This document shows, piece by piece, positions 26,851 through 34,976 of a stretch of DNA of 64,000 nucleotides. Under the pieces are notes generated by a model. The model had not been told where the DNA came from. It was given only the letters and a program-made list of their open reading frames with translations, and ran no database searches. This DNA is from Bacillota bacterium (lineage in GTDB: Bacteria; Bacillota; Sulfobacillia; JAJZYS01; JAJYTV01), in NCBI GenBank assembly GCA_021847575.1, contig JAJZQO010000003.1, positions 14,411 through 78,410 on the forward strand, read 5' to 3'. The stretch's first letter is position 1; every line of letters starts with the position of its first letter. The position numbers and the translations under genes are program-made.

Positions 26851-27737
26851 GGGCGGACCGCCTTCTTGGCGTCAGCCCGCAGGCGTTCGAGCTGTGCCTG
26901 GCCATAGCGGTAGGTCCGCCCGCAGAAGTGGCAGCGCAGTTCCGCGCTGCCGTCGTCGATCAGTTCCCCCAGTGCCTCGGGACCGAGCAAAAGCAGTGAG
27001 CGGCTTGCGCGTCCCCGTGAGCAGGTGCAGCGCAGGCTCAGGGGATCGGGCGGGGCGACGCGCACATCGGAAAAGCCTTGGAGCAGGTCATGGAGAAGCC
27101 CGTCCGATCCGGCAACGTGCACGGCCCTTGACGAGATGGGGCCCAGCGCCTCCACGCGCTCCGCGAGCTCCTGCGCAAATTCCTCGCCGCCGGGCAGCAC
27201 CTGCAGCAACAGCCCGCCTGCCGATTGGACGGTGCCGGTACGCCTGAGCAGAACGCCGAGAGCAACGGCGGACGGGACCTGCTCCGAGGTCAGAAGGTAG
27301 CTCGCGATGTCGTCGCCGATCTCGCCGCTGACGAGGGGCGCTGTCGTGGTGTAGGGCTGCGCGTCGCCCATGCTTCGGCTCAAGACGATGTTGCCCTGTC
27401 CGACGGCGCGCCCGACGTCAAGCTTGCCGTTGGCCTTGATCGGCAGCGCGACGTGCGGATTCTGGACATAGCCGCGGACTCCGCCTTCGGCGTCGGCATC
27501 GGCGATCACCGCGCCGATGGGGCCGTCGCCTAGCAGGCGCAGCGTCAGACGGTCCGGCGCCTTGAGAGAGGCTGCCGCCAAGAGGGCGGCGCCCATCATG
27601 GCACGGCCCAGAGCCGCGGTGGCGACGGGAAACGTGCCGTGCCGACGCCGAGCCGACTCGACAAGCGCCGTGCCGACCACGGCGATGGCCCGGATGCGGC
27701 CGCCCTCGGCCGTTGCGCGCGCAAGGGTATCCTTCAT
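26847..27737 (-). CDS. hslO: Hsp33 redox-regulated chaperone
   Basis: ATG 27737 follows AAGGAGG. The C-terminal zinc centre reads CTCS...CHFCG, and the family core (GRAMMGAALL, VPSAVALGV) is present. Confidence 0.9.
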   Translation of the reverse strand: MKDTLARATAEGGRIRAIAVVGTALVESARRRHGTFPVATAALGRAMMGAALLAAASLKAPDRLTLRLLGDGPIGAVIADADAEGGVRGYVQNPHVALPIKANGKLDVGRAVGQGNIVLSRSMGDAQPYTTTAPLVSGEIGDDIASYLLTSEQVPSAVALGVLLRRTGTVQSAGGLLLQVLPGGEEFAQELAERVEALGPISSRAVHVAGSDGLLHDLLQGFSDVRVAPPDPLSLRCTCSRGRASRSLLLLGPEALGELIDDGSAELRCHFCGRTYRYGQAQLERLRADAKKAVRP

Positions 27738-27959
27738 CTCGGGCCTCCTTTGTACAGAGTTCGGCCGGGTGCCATAGGACGATGGGTTCAATCGTAGCAC
27801 CACCGGATGAAGCCCTGCACCCTTTACGCGCCGAGACGCCTCCAGCATGATATGGACGGGAGCTTCGAAGGCCGGTGCCGGCGGCGTCGCTTCCGCCGCC
27901 GGACCATCGCGGAGGGAGGGTGACCGCCTGCCCCGGGGCGCTGGCCGCGGCCGGACGGG

Positions 27960-28553
27960 GTGAGTCAGACCATACACAGCTACGGCATCGGTTATCCTCT
28001 GCTCTACTTCTTTCTCCTGATCGAATCCGTAGGCATTCCTTCTCCCAGCGAAGCCTCGCTGATTTACGCAGGCGTGCTGGCGGCGCAGGGCAAGCTGTCC
28101 TTTCCTCTCGTCGTCGTTGTCGGAGCACTCGGCTCTCTCACGGGGGCGAACATCGCCTACTGGGTCGCCCGCCGCGGTGGACGCGTGCTTATCGTGCGCT
28201 ATGGCATGCGCGTTGGCCTGACCGAGGCGCGACTCGAGCAGGCCGAGGCGTTTTTCCGCCGGCGCGGGGATATCGCGCTCCTGATCGGGCGCCTCATCTC
28301 CGGCGTGCGCGCGCTGATCTCATACCCGGCGGGTCTTTTCGAAATGCCGTATCCGCGCTTCCTCGCCTTCACGGCAATAGGTGCCATGATTTGGCCGCTC
28401 ATCGCGGCGGGCGCCGGTTTTCTCGTCGGACCGCACTGGCATGTGCTGCTCACGTGGCTGGGACGACTATGGATCGGCGTCATCGTTGCGCTCGTGGCCG
28501 CCGTTGTCGGCTGGGTCTACTGGCGGCGACGCGGCAGGAGGCCGCAGGTGTAG
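27960..28553 (+). CDS. DedA/SNARE-associated family membrane protein
   Basis: Contains FFLLIESVGIPSPSE, GANIAYWVARRGG and LIGRLISGVRALISYPAG. Confidence 0.85.
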   Translation: MSQTIHSYGIGYPLLYFFLLIESVGIPSPSEASLIYAGVLAAQGKLSFPLVVVVGALGSLTGANIAYWVARRGGRVLIVRYGMRVGLTEARLEQAEAFFRRRGDIALLIGRLISGVRALISYPAGLFEMPYPRFLAFTAIGAMIWPLIAAGAGFLVGPHWHVLLTWLGRLWIGVIVALVAAVVGWVYWRRRGRRPQV

Positions 28554-28640
28554 GCGCACGCCCTTTCTTCAGCCGTGGTGTCGTGCTACTCTCCAAACGG
28601 ATCAGTTGCCCCGTTTGCTGGCGGGGCCACATCTGGACAT

Positions 28641-28733
28641 GCGGGTCGCCGGTGGCGACCCAGGGCGGAGTACGCGGGTCGCCGGTGGCGACCCAGGGCG
28701 GAGTACGCGGGTCGCCGGTGGCGACCCAGGAGG
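28641..28733. repeat. three tandem 33-bp units, each carrying the palindrome GGGTCGCC-GGT-GGCGACCC
   Basis: Units at 28641-28673 and 28674-28706 are identical. The third (28707-) is identical for 24 nt. The palindromes lie at 28643-28661, 28676-28694 and 28709-28727. The last one abuts the lpd SD AGGAGGG (28728-28734). Confidence 0.95.
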
Positions 28734-28741
28734 GACGCAGG

Positions 28742-30160
28742 TTGGCGGAGGAAAAGATCGACGTACTATTCCTCGGCGGCGGTACCGGCGGCTATGAGGC
28801 GGCTATCCGGGCCGCGCAGTCGGGTCTCAAGGCCGCCGTGGTGGAGAAGGAAAAGGTGGGCGGCGTCTGCCTGCACAAGGGTTGTATTCCGTCCAAGGCG
28901 CTCTTGCGCACGGCAGAACTCATGGCGACCATCCGCGAGGCGTCGGACTTCGGCCTTGCGGTCGAGGCGCCGAAGCTCGACTTCCATCAGGCGCAGACGC
29001 GCAAGCAGAAGGTCGTGGACCAGCTTTACAAGGGCGTGCAGGGGCTTCTGAAGCGTGCGAACGTCACGATCTACGAGGGCGTCGGCACGTTGATGCCGCC
29101 TTCGATCTTTGCCCCGGCCGGCTCCGTGTCGGTCGAGAAGGCGAACGGAGAGCGCGAGCTCCTTTCCCCCGACCACATCGTCATCGCCACGGGATCTTCC
29201 GCCAGGGAGTTGCCGGGTCTGCCGTTCGACGGCGACCGCGTCATCTCAAGCGACCACGCCCTCGAACTCCAGGAGATTCCGCAGTCCGTCATCATCGTCG
29301 GCGCGGGAGCGATCGGCTGCGAGTGGGCATCGCTCTTCTCGGACCTGGGCGGTCAGGTCAAGCTTGTCGAGGCCCTGCCGCGTCTGCTGCCGCTTGAGGA
29401 CAAGGACATGTCGGACCAACTGCAGCGCATCTTCACGCGGCGCGGCATCGAATGCTATCCCGGCCACAGCGTCGACGTGCAGAGCTACCGCCCGACGGAC
29501 GACGGCGCCGAGATCACTATCGAGGGGCCCTCTGGCAAGAAGACCTTGAGCGCACAGAAGATCCTGGTCGCGATCGGCAGGAAGCCGAACAGCGACGGAA
29601 TCGGTCTCGAGAACTTCGACAAGGTCAAGCTGGAGCGAGGCTATATTCAGGTCGATGCAGAGATGCGCACGGGCGACCCGCGCATCTTCGCGATCGGCGA
29701 TGTCATCGGCCGGTTGCAGCTGGCGCACGTCGCGGTGCACGAGGGGCTGATCGCGGTCGACGCGATCCTGGGCAAGAAGCCCGAGACGATCGACTACGTC
29801 AAGGTGCCGCGCTGCACCTACAGCCGGCCGGAGGTGGCGTCTGTGGGCCTCGACGAGCAGGCCGCGCGCGACCAGGGTCACGAGGTGAAGGTCGGAAAGT
29901 ACTTCTTCAAGGCGAACGGCAAGGCGCTCATCTACGGCGAGTCCGATGGGCTCTGCAAGGTCGTCTCGGACGCTGCGACGGGAGATCTTCTCGGCCTGCA
30001 CCTGATCGGTCCGCATGCCACGGACCTGGTGGCCGAGGGTACGCTCGCGCTCCAGTTCGACGGGTCGCTTTTCGACCTGCAGGAAGTTGTCCACGCACAC
30101 CCGACGCTATACGAGATCATCAACGACGCCGCGCTGGCTGCCGACGGCAAGATGGCCTGA
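28742..30160 (+). CDS. lpd: dihydrolipoyl dehydrogenase (E3)
   Basis: Contains VLFLGGGTGGYEAAIRAAQSGL, GGVCLHKGCIPSK (redox disulfide), a second GxGxxG (IIVGAGAIGCE) and HAHPTL. TTG 28742 lies 7 nt after AGGAGGG. Confidence 0.9.
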   Translation: MAEEKIDVLFLGGGTGGYEAAIRAAQSGLKAAVVEKEKVGGVCLHKGCIPSKALLRTAELMATIREASDFGLAVEAPKLDFHQAQTRKQKVVDQLYKGVQGLLKRANVTIYEGVGTLMPPSIFAPAGSVSVEKANGERELLSPDHIVIATGSSARELPGLPFDGDRVISSDHALELQEIPQSVIIVGAGAIGCEWASLFSDLGGQVKLVEALPRLLPLEDKDMSDQLQRIFTRRGIECYPGHSVDVQSYRPTDDGAEITIEGPSGKKTLSAQKILVAIGRKPNSDGIGLENFDKVKLERGYIQVDAEMRTGDPRIFAIGDVIGRLQLAHVAVHEGLIAVDAILGKKPETIDYVKVPRCTYSRPEVASVGLDEQAARDQGHEVKVGKYFFKANGKALIYGESDGLCKVVSDAATGDLLGLHLIGPHATDLVAEGTLALQFDGSLFDLQEVVHAHPTLYEIINDAALAADGKMA

Positions 30161-30169
30161 GAGGCAGAT

Positions 30170-30202
30170 CCGCGGCCCCCGCACCATGTGCGGGGGCCGC
30201 GG
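30170..30202 (+). terminator. 14-bp GC-rich hairpin after lpd (no U-tract)
   Basis: CCGCGGCCCCCGCA-ccatg-TGCGGGGGCCGCGG. A perfect stem located 10 nt after the lpd stop. Confidence 0.4.
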
Positions 30203-30225
30203 CGTAGGTGGGGGGCTTGATTTCC

Positions 30226-31602
30226 ATGGACATCGAGCTTGAGGGCGGCTTTCAGGCCCTCGCTCCAGGCGGCGGCATCGTCGCATTTGGCGGCACGATC
30301 GGGGAACTGCTGGCGGCAGCCGCGCAGGCCGCACCTGCTCTGGGCAGGCGCGTGATGACTGCCACAGGGGCCCTGGCGCCTGAAGTGGATGTGCGGCTGA
30401 ACGGGATCGATGCGCGTCTCTGGGGCGGGCTCAGGGCCCTCGTGCGACCGGACGACCGGATCCTGGTGCGACCGTACCGGCCTGACCCCCTGTCGCCTGG
30501 ACAGGCTGAGCGCTACACCCGGCAGCTTATCCTGGTCGAGATCGGCCCCGCCGGCCAGGCGCGGCTCGGGGGCGCCCGCGTCGCCGTGATCGGCGCCGGC
30601 GGCCTCGGCTCACCGGCCGCCACCTATCTCGCTGCAGCCGGCGTCGGCCATCTCGTGATCATCGACGGCGACCGCGTCGAACGCTCGAATCTGCAGCGCC
30701 AGCCGATCCACCGCGACGAGGACGTCGGCGCGCCGAAGGCGGACAGTGCGGCGCGGACCCTGCGGGCGATCAATCCCGACATCGAGATTTCGGCGGTGAA
30801 CGGGTTTCTGACCGCTGAGAACGCCCTTGGGCTCCTGCGGGAATGCGACGTCATCGTCAACGGATCGGACAACTTCCCGACCCGTTACCTTGTCAGTGAC
30901 GCCGCGGTGCTGCTGCAAAAACCGCTGGTGGACGCCTCGATCCTGCGCTTTGAGGGGCGGATTTCCGTCCATCTTCCACGCCAGGGTTGCTACCGCTGCC
31001 TTTTTCCTTCACCGCCGCCGCCAGGCAGCGTGCCCAACTGCGCTGAAGCCGGTGTCGTAGGCGCGCTTGGCGGACAGATCGGTGCTATGCAGGCTCTCGA
31101 GGCCATCAAGCTGATCACCGGTGCGGGGGAGAGCCTCGGCGGGCGACTTCTGGTCTACGATGCGCTGAGCGGTGAGCAGCACCGCTTCACTCTGCCGCGG
31201 GACCCGGAATGCCCGGTCTGCGGCGACCACCCCAGCCAGGCCAGCCTGATCGACTACGAGGCGTTCTGTGGCGTCGGCGTGCCGCAGGAGCGCTCGGATC
31301 TTTTGGGCATCTCCGTCGCGGACGCCATGAGACTCAGGTCGGATCCCGCGGTGCAGTGGCTCGACGTACGGCCGCCCGGCGCCCTCGAGCGCCCCACGAT
31401 TCCCGGTGCCCGTCGACTGCCGCTTGAGGAGATCGGGGCAGGCGAGACACTCGAGCCGGGTAGACCCGTCGTCGTGTTCTGCGATATCGGTCGCCGCTCG
31501 CTCCTGGCCGCCGAGCGTCTCGCCCGCAGCGGCATCGATGCCCGCAGCCTTCAAGGCGGCCTCGTGGCCTGGCTGGCCGCGGGTCTCGAGCTCACCTCCT
31601 GA
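30226..31602 (+). CDS. MoaD/ThiS-like beta-grasp domain fused to a MoeB/ThiF-type E1 adenylyltransferase and a C-terminal rhodanese domain
   Basis: The N-terminal ~90 aa resemble MoaD (TIGELLAAAAQAAPAL ... VDVRLNGIDARLWGGLRALVRPDDRILVRP) but have no terminal GG. The E1 core has VIGAGGLGSPAA, RQ, CYRC and CPVC zinc motifs, and NCAEAGV. The rhodanese active loop is CDIGRRS. Confidence 0.85.
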   Translation: MDIELEGGFQALAPGGGIVAFGGTIGELLAAAAQAAPALGRRVMTATGALAPEVDVRLNGIDARLWGGLRALVRPDDRILVRPYRPDPLSPGQAERYTRQLILVEIGPAGQARLGGARVAVIGAGGLGSPAATYLAAAGVGHLVIIDGDRVERSNLQRQPIHRDEDVGAPKADSAARTLRAINPDIEISAVNGFLTAENALGLLRECDVIVNGSDNFPTRYLVSDAAVLLQKPLVDASILRFEGRISVHLPRQGCYRCLFPSPPPPGSVPNCAEAGVVGALGGQIGAMQALEAIKLITGAGESLGGRLLVYDALSGEQHRFTLPRDPECPVCGDHPSQASLIDYEAFCGVGVPQERSDLLGISVADAMRLRSDPAVQWLDVRPPGALERPTIPGARRLPLEEIGAGETLEPGRPVVVFCDIGRRSLLAAERLARSGIDARSLQGGLVAWLAAGLELTS

Positions 31603-31988
31603 TGCGGGCCGGGCCTGGCTTGCGCGAAGAGCTGCGGCGGACGGCCGAAAGGGCCCTGCCCAATGAGGCCTGCGGCCTGGTGGGCCTGAGGGAGGGGGAG
31701 CTTGTGCACTTCATCCCGTGCCGCAACGCGGCCGGGAGCCCTCGCCGCTACGCCATCGCGCCAGAGGAGGTGCTGGCGGCGCTCAAGGAGTTCGATCACC
31801 TGGACTTGGAGCTTGGGGCGATCTTTCATTCGCACCCCGCGAGCCCGGCATACCCGTCTCCCACCGATGTGGCGGAGGCGGTTCCGGGTGTGCTGCAGAT
31901 CATTCTCGGGGCTCCTCCGGACTGGACTTTGCGTTCCTTCTGGATCGATGACGCCAGGGTGCGCGAGGAGCCGATCGAGGCAGGTTGA
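31602..31988 (+). CDS. JAMM/MPN+ metalloprotease (Mec+-like)
   Basis: Contains NEACGLV and HSHPASPAYPSPTD (the E...HxH...S..D JAMM motif). Its ATG overlaps the E1 stop. Confidence 0.85.
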   Translation: MRAGPGLREELRRTAERALPNEACGLVGLREGELVHFIPCRNAAGSPRRYAIAPEEVLAALKEFDHLDLELGAIFHSHPASPAYPSPTDVAEAVPGVLQIILGAPPDWTLRSFWIDDARVREEPIEAG

Positions 31989-32049
31989 ATGGACGCCCCA
32001 GGCGCCGCTGCAGTCGGCAAGCGGCATCTGGGGCGAGATCGGGATAGGC

Positions 32050-32721
32050 TCAGAAGCTGGGCAAGAGATCCTGGAAATAGAAGCCGGCGCGTTCCACGGT
32101 CTCGCCGCGCTGCATCGATATCGGGGTGCGGAAGATCGGTCCTGCGTACACGAAGGTGTGGAATTCCCCGCGCTCGCCGCAGGGGTCGACGCCCGGCGGC
32201 AGGTCGGCGAGAAAGCCGAGGTCGTAATCGCGACCGACAAAGGACGGATCGAGCTGCTTCGGGTCGACCGTCACGACGATGGCCCGGAAGCCCTGCCGGA
32301 CAAAGTTTTGCGCAAGCTGTTTCGTGTCGAGGCCCCAGAGCGGAAAGACGGCCCTGAGATCGGAGCGTCCGAGCTGGCGCTCCCGGTAGTCGCGGATGTC
32401 CTGCAGGAAGAGGTCGCCGAAGGCGTAGCGCTCGACGCCCTCCTCCCTCAATGTGTCGGTCTCGCGCTGGAAGAGATCTTCGTAGATTTCGTTGGTGCAA
32501 CTTTCCGGGATGCGCACAACGCGCAGCGGCAGGCCGGCCGCCTTCGCCTGTGCCTCGAGCAATTCCTCGCGCACGCCGTGCATGCTGATGCGGCGATGCG
32601 GGTCGGTAACCGTCGTCAGGAAGGCGTGGACGTTCGCGCCGAATTGCCTAAGCGTTGCGAGAGCGAGGGCGCTGTCCTTGCCGCCGCTCCAGGAAAGGGC
32701 GATCTTGTCGCTCTGGGTCAT
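32050..32721 (-). CDS. PP-loop ATP pyrophosphatase, MJ0570/Dph6-like (DUF71) family
   Basis: Contains SWSGGKDS (PP-loop) and GERGEFHTFV near the C-terminus. Confidence 0.75.
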   Translation of the reverse strand: MTQSDKIALSWSGGKDSALALATLRQFGANVHAFLTTVTDPHRRISMHGVREELLEAQAKAAGLPLRVVRIPESCTNEIYEDLFQRETDTLREEGVERYAFGDLFLQDIRDYRERQLGRSDLRAVFPLWGLDTKQLAQNFVRQGFRAIVVTVDPKQLDPSFVGRDYDLGFLADLPPGVDPCGERGEFHTFVYAGPIFRTPISMQRGETVERAGFYFQDLLPSF

Positions 32722-32814
32722 GTGTCAGAATTCTCCCCTGACCGGTCGTTTGCGTTCGCGCGGGGTTGCTGCGCCAGACACGAAAGGATTCGCCTGCGGC
32801 ACAGAAGCCACCTG

Positions 32815-33390
32815 TCAGCTGTTCGCGAGGATTCCGGCCATCGCGTTCGCCAGCTTCTCGACGCGCCTGAGATGCTGGCGCAACCAGCGCAGGCGGTTCT
32901 TCGTCCTGGCGCTGGCCTCCGCGTCCCCTGCCATGATCTTTGCGTACGCAAGGGAGTAGTGGTGCTTACCTTCTTGGTACCGCGCGCGCAGAGCAGAGAT
33001 GCTCGGTTCGGCCTGTGCGGGGTTGCGCAGCAGGGTCTGCATCGCCTGCGGGACAACCTTCAGGGCGTCGTGCAGGGCCGTCAGCACCCCGTTGAAGTGC
33101 GGCTCGCCGTAGCTGCTCTCGCCGACGCCGGCTGCCTCGAGCGCCAGATCCTCGGTGACCATGTCTTCGAACTGGTCCAAAAGGTCGTCGAGCGCGTTGC
33201 CGAGGTAGTTGATGTCGCTACCCCCGAGCGGCGTGACGAGCGCCTCCCGCAGAGCGCGCTGGATCTCGGAGAGGATCTCGTCCCCGCGTTCTTCGCATTG
33301 GCCGATCTCCTCCGCAAGTCGGGGCGACGGTTGCCCGAGGTAGCTGTAGAGCAGGTCCATGGCGCGCTCTGCGAGCAGGGCCTGTTCCAT
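32815..33390 (-). CDS. DUF47 (PhoU-like) phosphate-transport accessory protein
   Basis: Family-like helical protein (ERGDEILSEIQRALREALVTPL ... RRVEKLANAMAGI). The first ATG is at 33390. Family-like residues (RDRVFQDLL) continue upstream to a CTG at 33459 that overlaps the pit stop, so the true start may lie upstream. Confidence 0.75.
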   Translation of the reverse strand: MEQALLAERAMDLLYSYLGQPSPRLAEEIGQCEERGDEILSEIQRALREALVTPLGGSDINYLGNALDDLLDQFEDMVTEDLALEAAGVGESSYGEPHFNGVLTALHDALKVVPQAMQTLLRNPAQAEPSISALRARYQEGKHHYSLAYAKIMAGDAEASARTKNRLRWLRQHLRRVEKLANAMAGILANS

Positions 33391-33455
33391 GAGGAGATCC
33401 TGGAAGACCCGGTCCCGCGGGCCGAGGACCTGGCGTACGCTTGCCCAGAGACGGC

Positions 33456-34382
33456 TCAGGCGTTGAGGAGCCGGACGGCGATCCACATGAATGCACCTCC
33501 CATCAGGAACGCGGCGACCGGCGTGACGAACCATGCGACCATCATGCGCCGGGCGACGCTCCAGCCGACATGCCGCGGGTTCTCGGCGGTACCGACCCCG
33601 ATCAGGCTCGCGTCTACCGTCTGGCTCGTCGACACCGGGATGCCGATCGCCGCGGCCGCGAGTACCGAGAGACCAGTGGCGGCCTGCGTATAGAGCGCCT
33701 CGGGAGGCCTCAGCCGCAGGATCCTGCTCGACACCGTTCGGGCGATGCGCCATGAGCCGAAGGCGCTGCCTACCGCGAAAGAGAGCGACGACAGGAGGAT
33801 GGCGCCCTGCGCACCAAGCCCGGAGAACTGCAGCAGTCCGATGGCCTTCTCGAGGTCGTTCGCCCCGTAGGCAAGCCCTTCGAGGAGGGCCGTGGCCATG
33901 AGGAGAACGCTCACGAGCGCGCCGCGCCTGAGCCGCCGCAGCAACTGGCGCCCGTAGCGGGCGGCGAGAAGTCCGAGCAGAGAGCCCATCAGAACCGTCA
34001 GAATGAAGCCTACGAGGGCCCGCAGGGCTCCGCCCCAGAGCACATGGCTACCGGCGACCGCGCCGCTCCCCGCCATGGCGCCGATCAGGGCCAGGGACAT
34101 CGAAGTCGGCAGACGTCCCCACCAGCTCACCAGAACGACGACAAGCGCAGACAAGATCGCGGGCGTGAGAATCGGCCCGAGGTCCGCCGGCGTGACGATG
34201 CGGCGCACGATCGTGTCGGCGACCGCCGTGCCTACGATGATCGGACCGAGGCTCACCACGACCGCTAGCCAGAGCCAGAGCAGGATCGGCCGCATGCGGC
34301 TCGGCAGGAGTGTCGCAAGCAGGTTACCGCCGTCGTTGAAGCCTGCGAGCAAATTGAAGCCCAGGATCAGCGCGACGGTCAT
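33456..34382 (-). CDS. inorganic phosphate transporter, PiT (PHO4) family
   Basis: Begins MTVALILGFNLLAGFNDGGN, contains a second GANDLEKAIG repeat, and has multiple TM segments. SD GGGAGGGG lies 8 nt upstream. Confidence 0.85.
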   Translation of the reverse strand: MTVALILGFNLLAGFNDGGNLLATLLPSRMRPILLWLWLAVVVSLGPIIVGTAVADTIVRRIVTPADLGPILTPAILSALVVVLVSWWGRLPTSMSLALIGAMAGSGAVAGSHVLWGGALRALVGFILTVLMGSLLGLLAARYGRQLLRRLRRGALVSVLLMATALLEGLAYGANDLEKAIGLLQFSGLGAQGAILLSSLSFAVGSAFGSWRIARTVSSRILRLRPPEALYTQAATGLSVLAAAAIGIPVSTSQTVDASLIGVGTAENPRHVGWSVARRMMVAWFVTPVAAFLMGGAFMWIAVRLLNA

Positions 34383-34426
34383 CTGGCCCGCCCCTCCCGC
34401 CGGCGCCTAGAGGTGTGCTTTCTAAC

Positions 34427-34930
34427 CTACGGGCTGCGCGCCAGGATTCCTGCACGATAGGGTACAGAAGCGAGCCCAGCGGAGCATACTCTGACAACCT
34501 GTTCGCCTGTCTTGGCTCCAAGGCGAGCACATAGCGGCCGGCTGCACCGATTTGCGCCCCCAGCAGAGCGAGTTCCTTGGCCCGTAACCCTCCGGGGGAC
34601 GCCAGGCGGACCTCGCGTACCAGGCTGCGACAATGCTCCCGCGGTAATTCCTGAGTTCGGTGTGGCGGAGCCGAGATGGCGCTGCGCTTTGCCCGGATCG
34701 AGCAGGGACATCGAAGGTGTGATGTGCTGCGGGATGGCTTCTGCGCGGATACCCGCGGCGCGCAGCGCCGGGGTCGCGCGGTCGGGGCGCAGGCGCGCGA
34801 CACGGGGGCCGAAGGGGTCCGCCGACCGCCCTCGGCTTAGGATGGTCACGACACGACCCGGCGCCGGAAGGTGCCAGACGAGACGCACGCCCGCGAACCG
34901 GGAGCCGCCGATCGCCAGGATCCGAGCCAT
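34427..34930 (-). pseudogene. probable decayed NAD-dependent epimerase/dehydratase (SDR) gene
   Basis: The N-terminus MARILAIGGSRFAGVRLVWHL..VTILSRGRSADPF is a Rossmann GxGxxG start. After ~60 codons the similarity is lost in this frame, and family-like fragments (FDV, GRYV) appear in the other two frames. The ORF is about half the normal length. Confidence 0.35.
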
Positions 34931-34976
34931 GGTCGGCACCGGAGCGTCCGAGCATCTCCCCAGAAGGGAGCAGAGA

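Noticed and set aside
28641-28733. CRISPR array.
   Set aside because: The repeats are directly adjacent, with no unique spacers between them. There are only 2.7 copies, and no cas genes are present in the window.
27875-28741. N-terminal extension of Lpd through the dedA gene and the 33-bp repeats (track ORF 27875..30160, 761 aa).
   Set aside because: The extension overlaps dedA in another frame and looks like non-coding translation. The Lpd FAD-binding motif begins 6 codons after TTG 28742, which has a strong SD (AGGAGGG) at 7-nt spacing.
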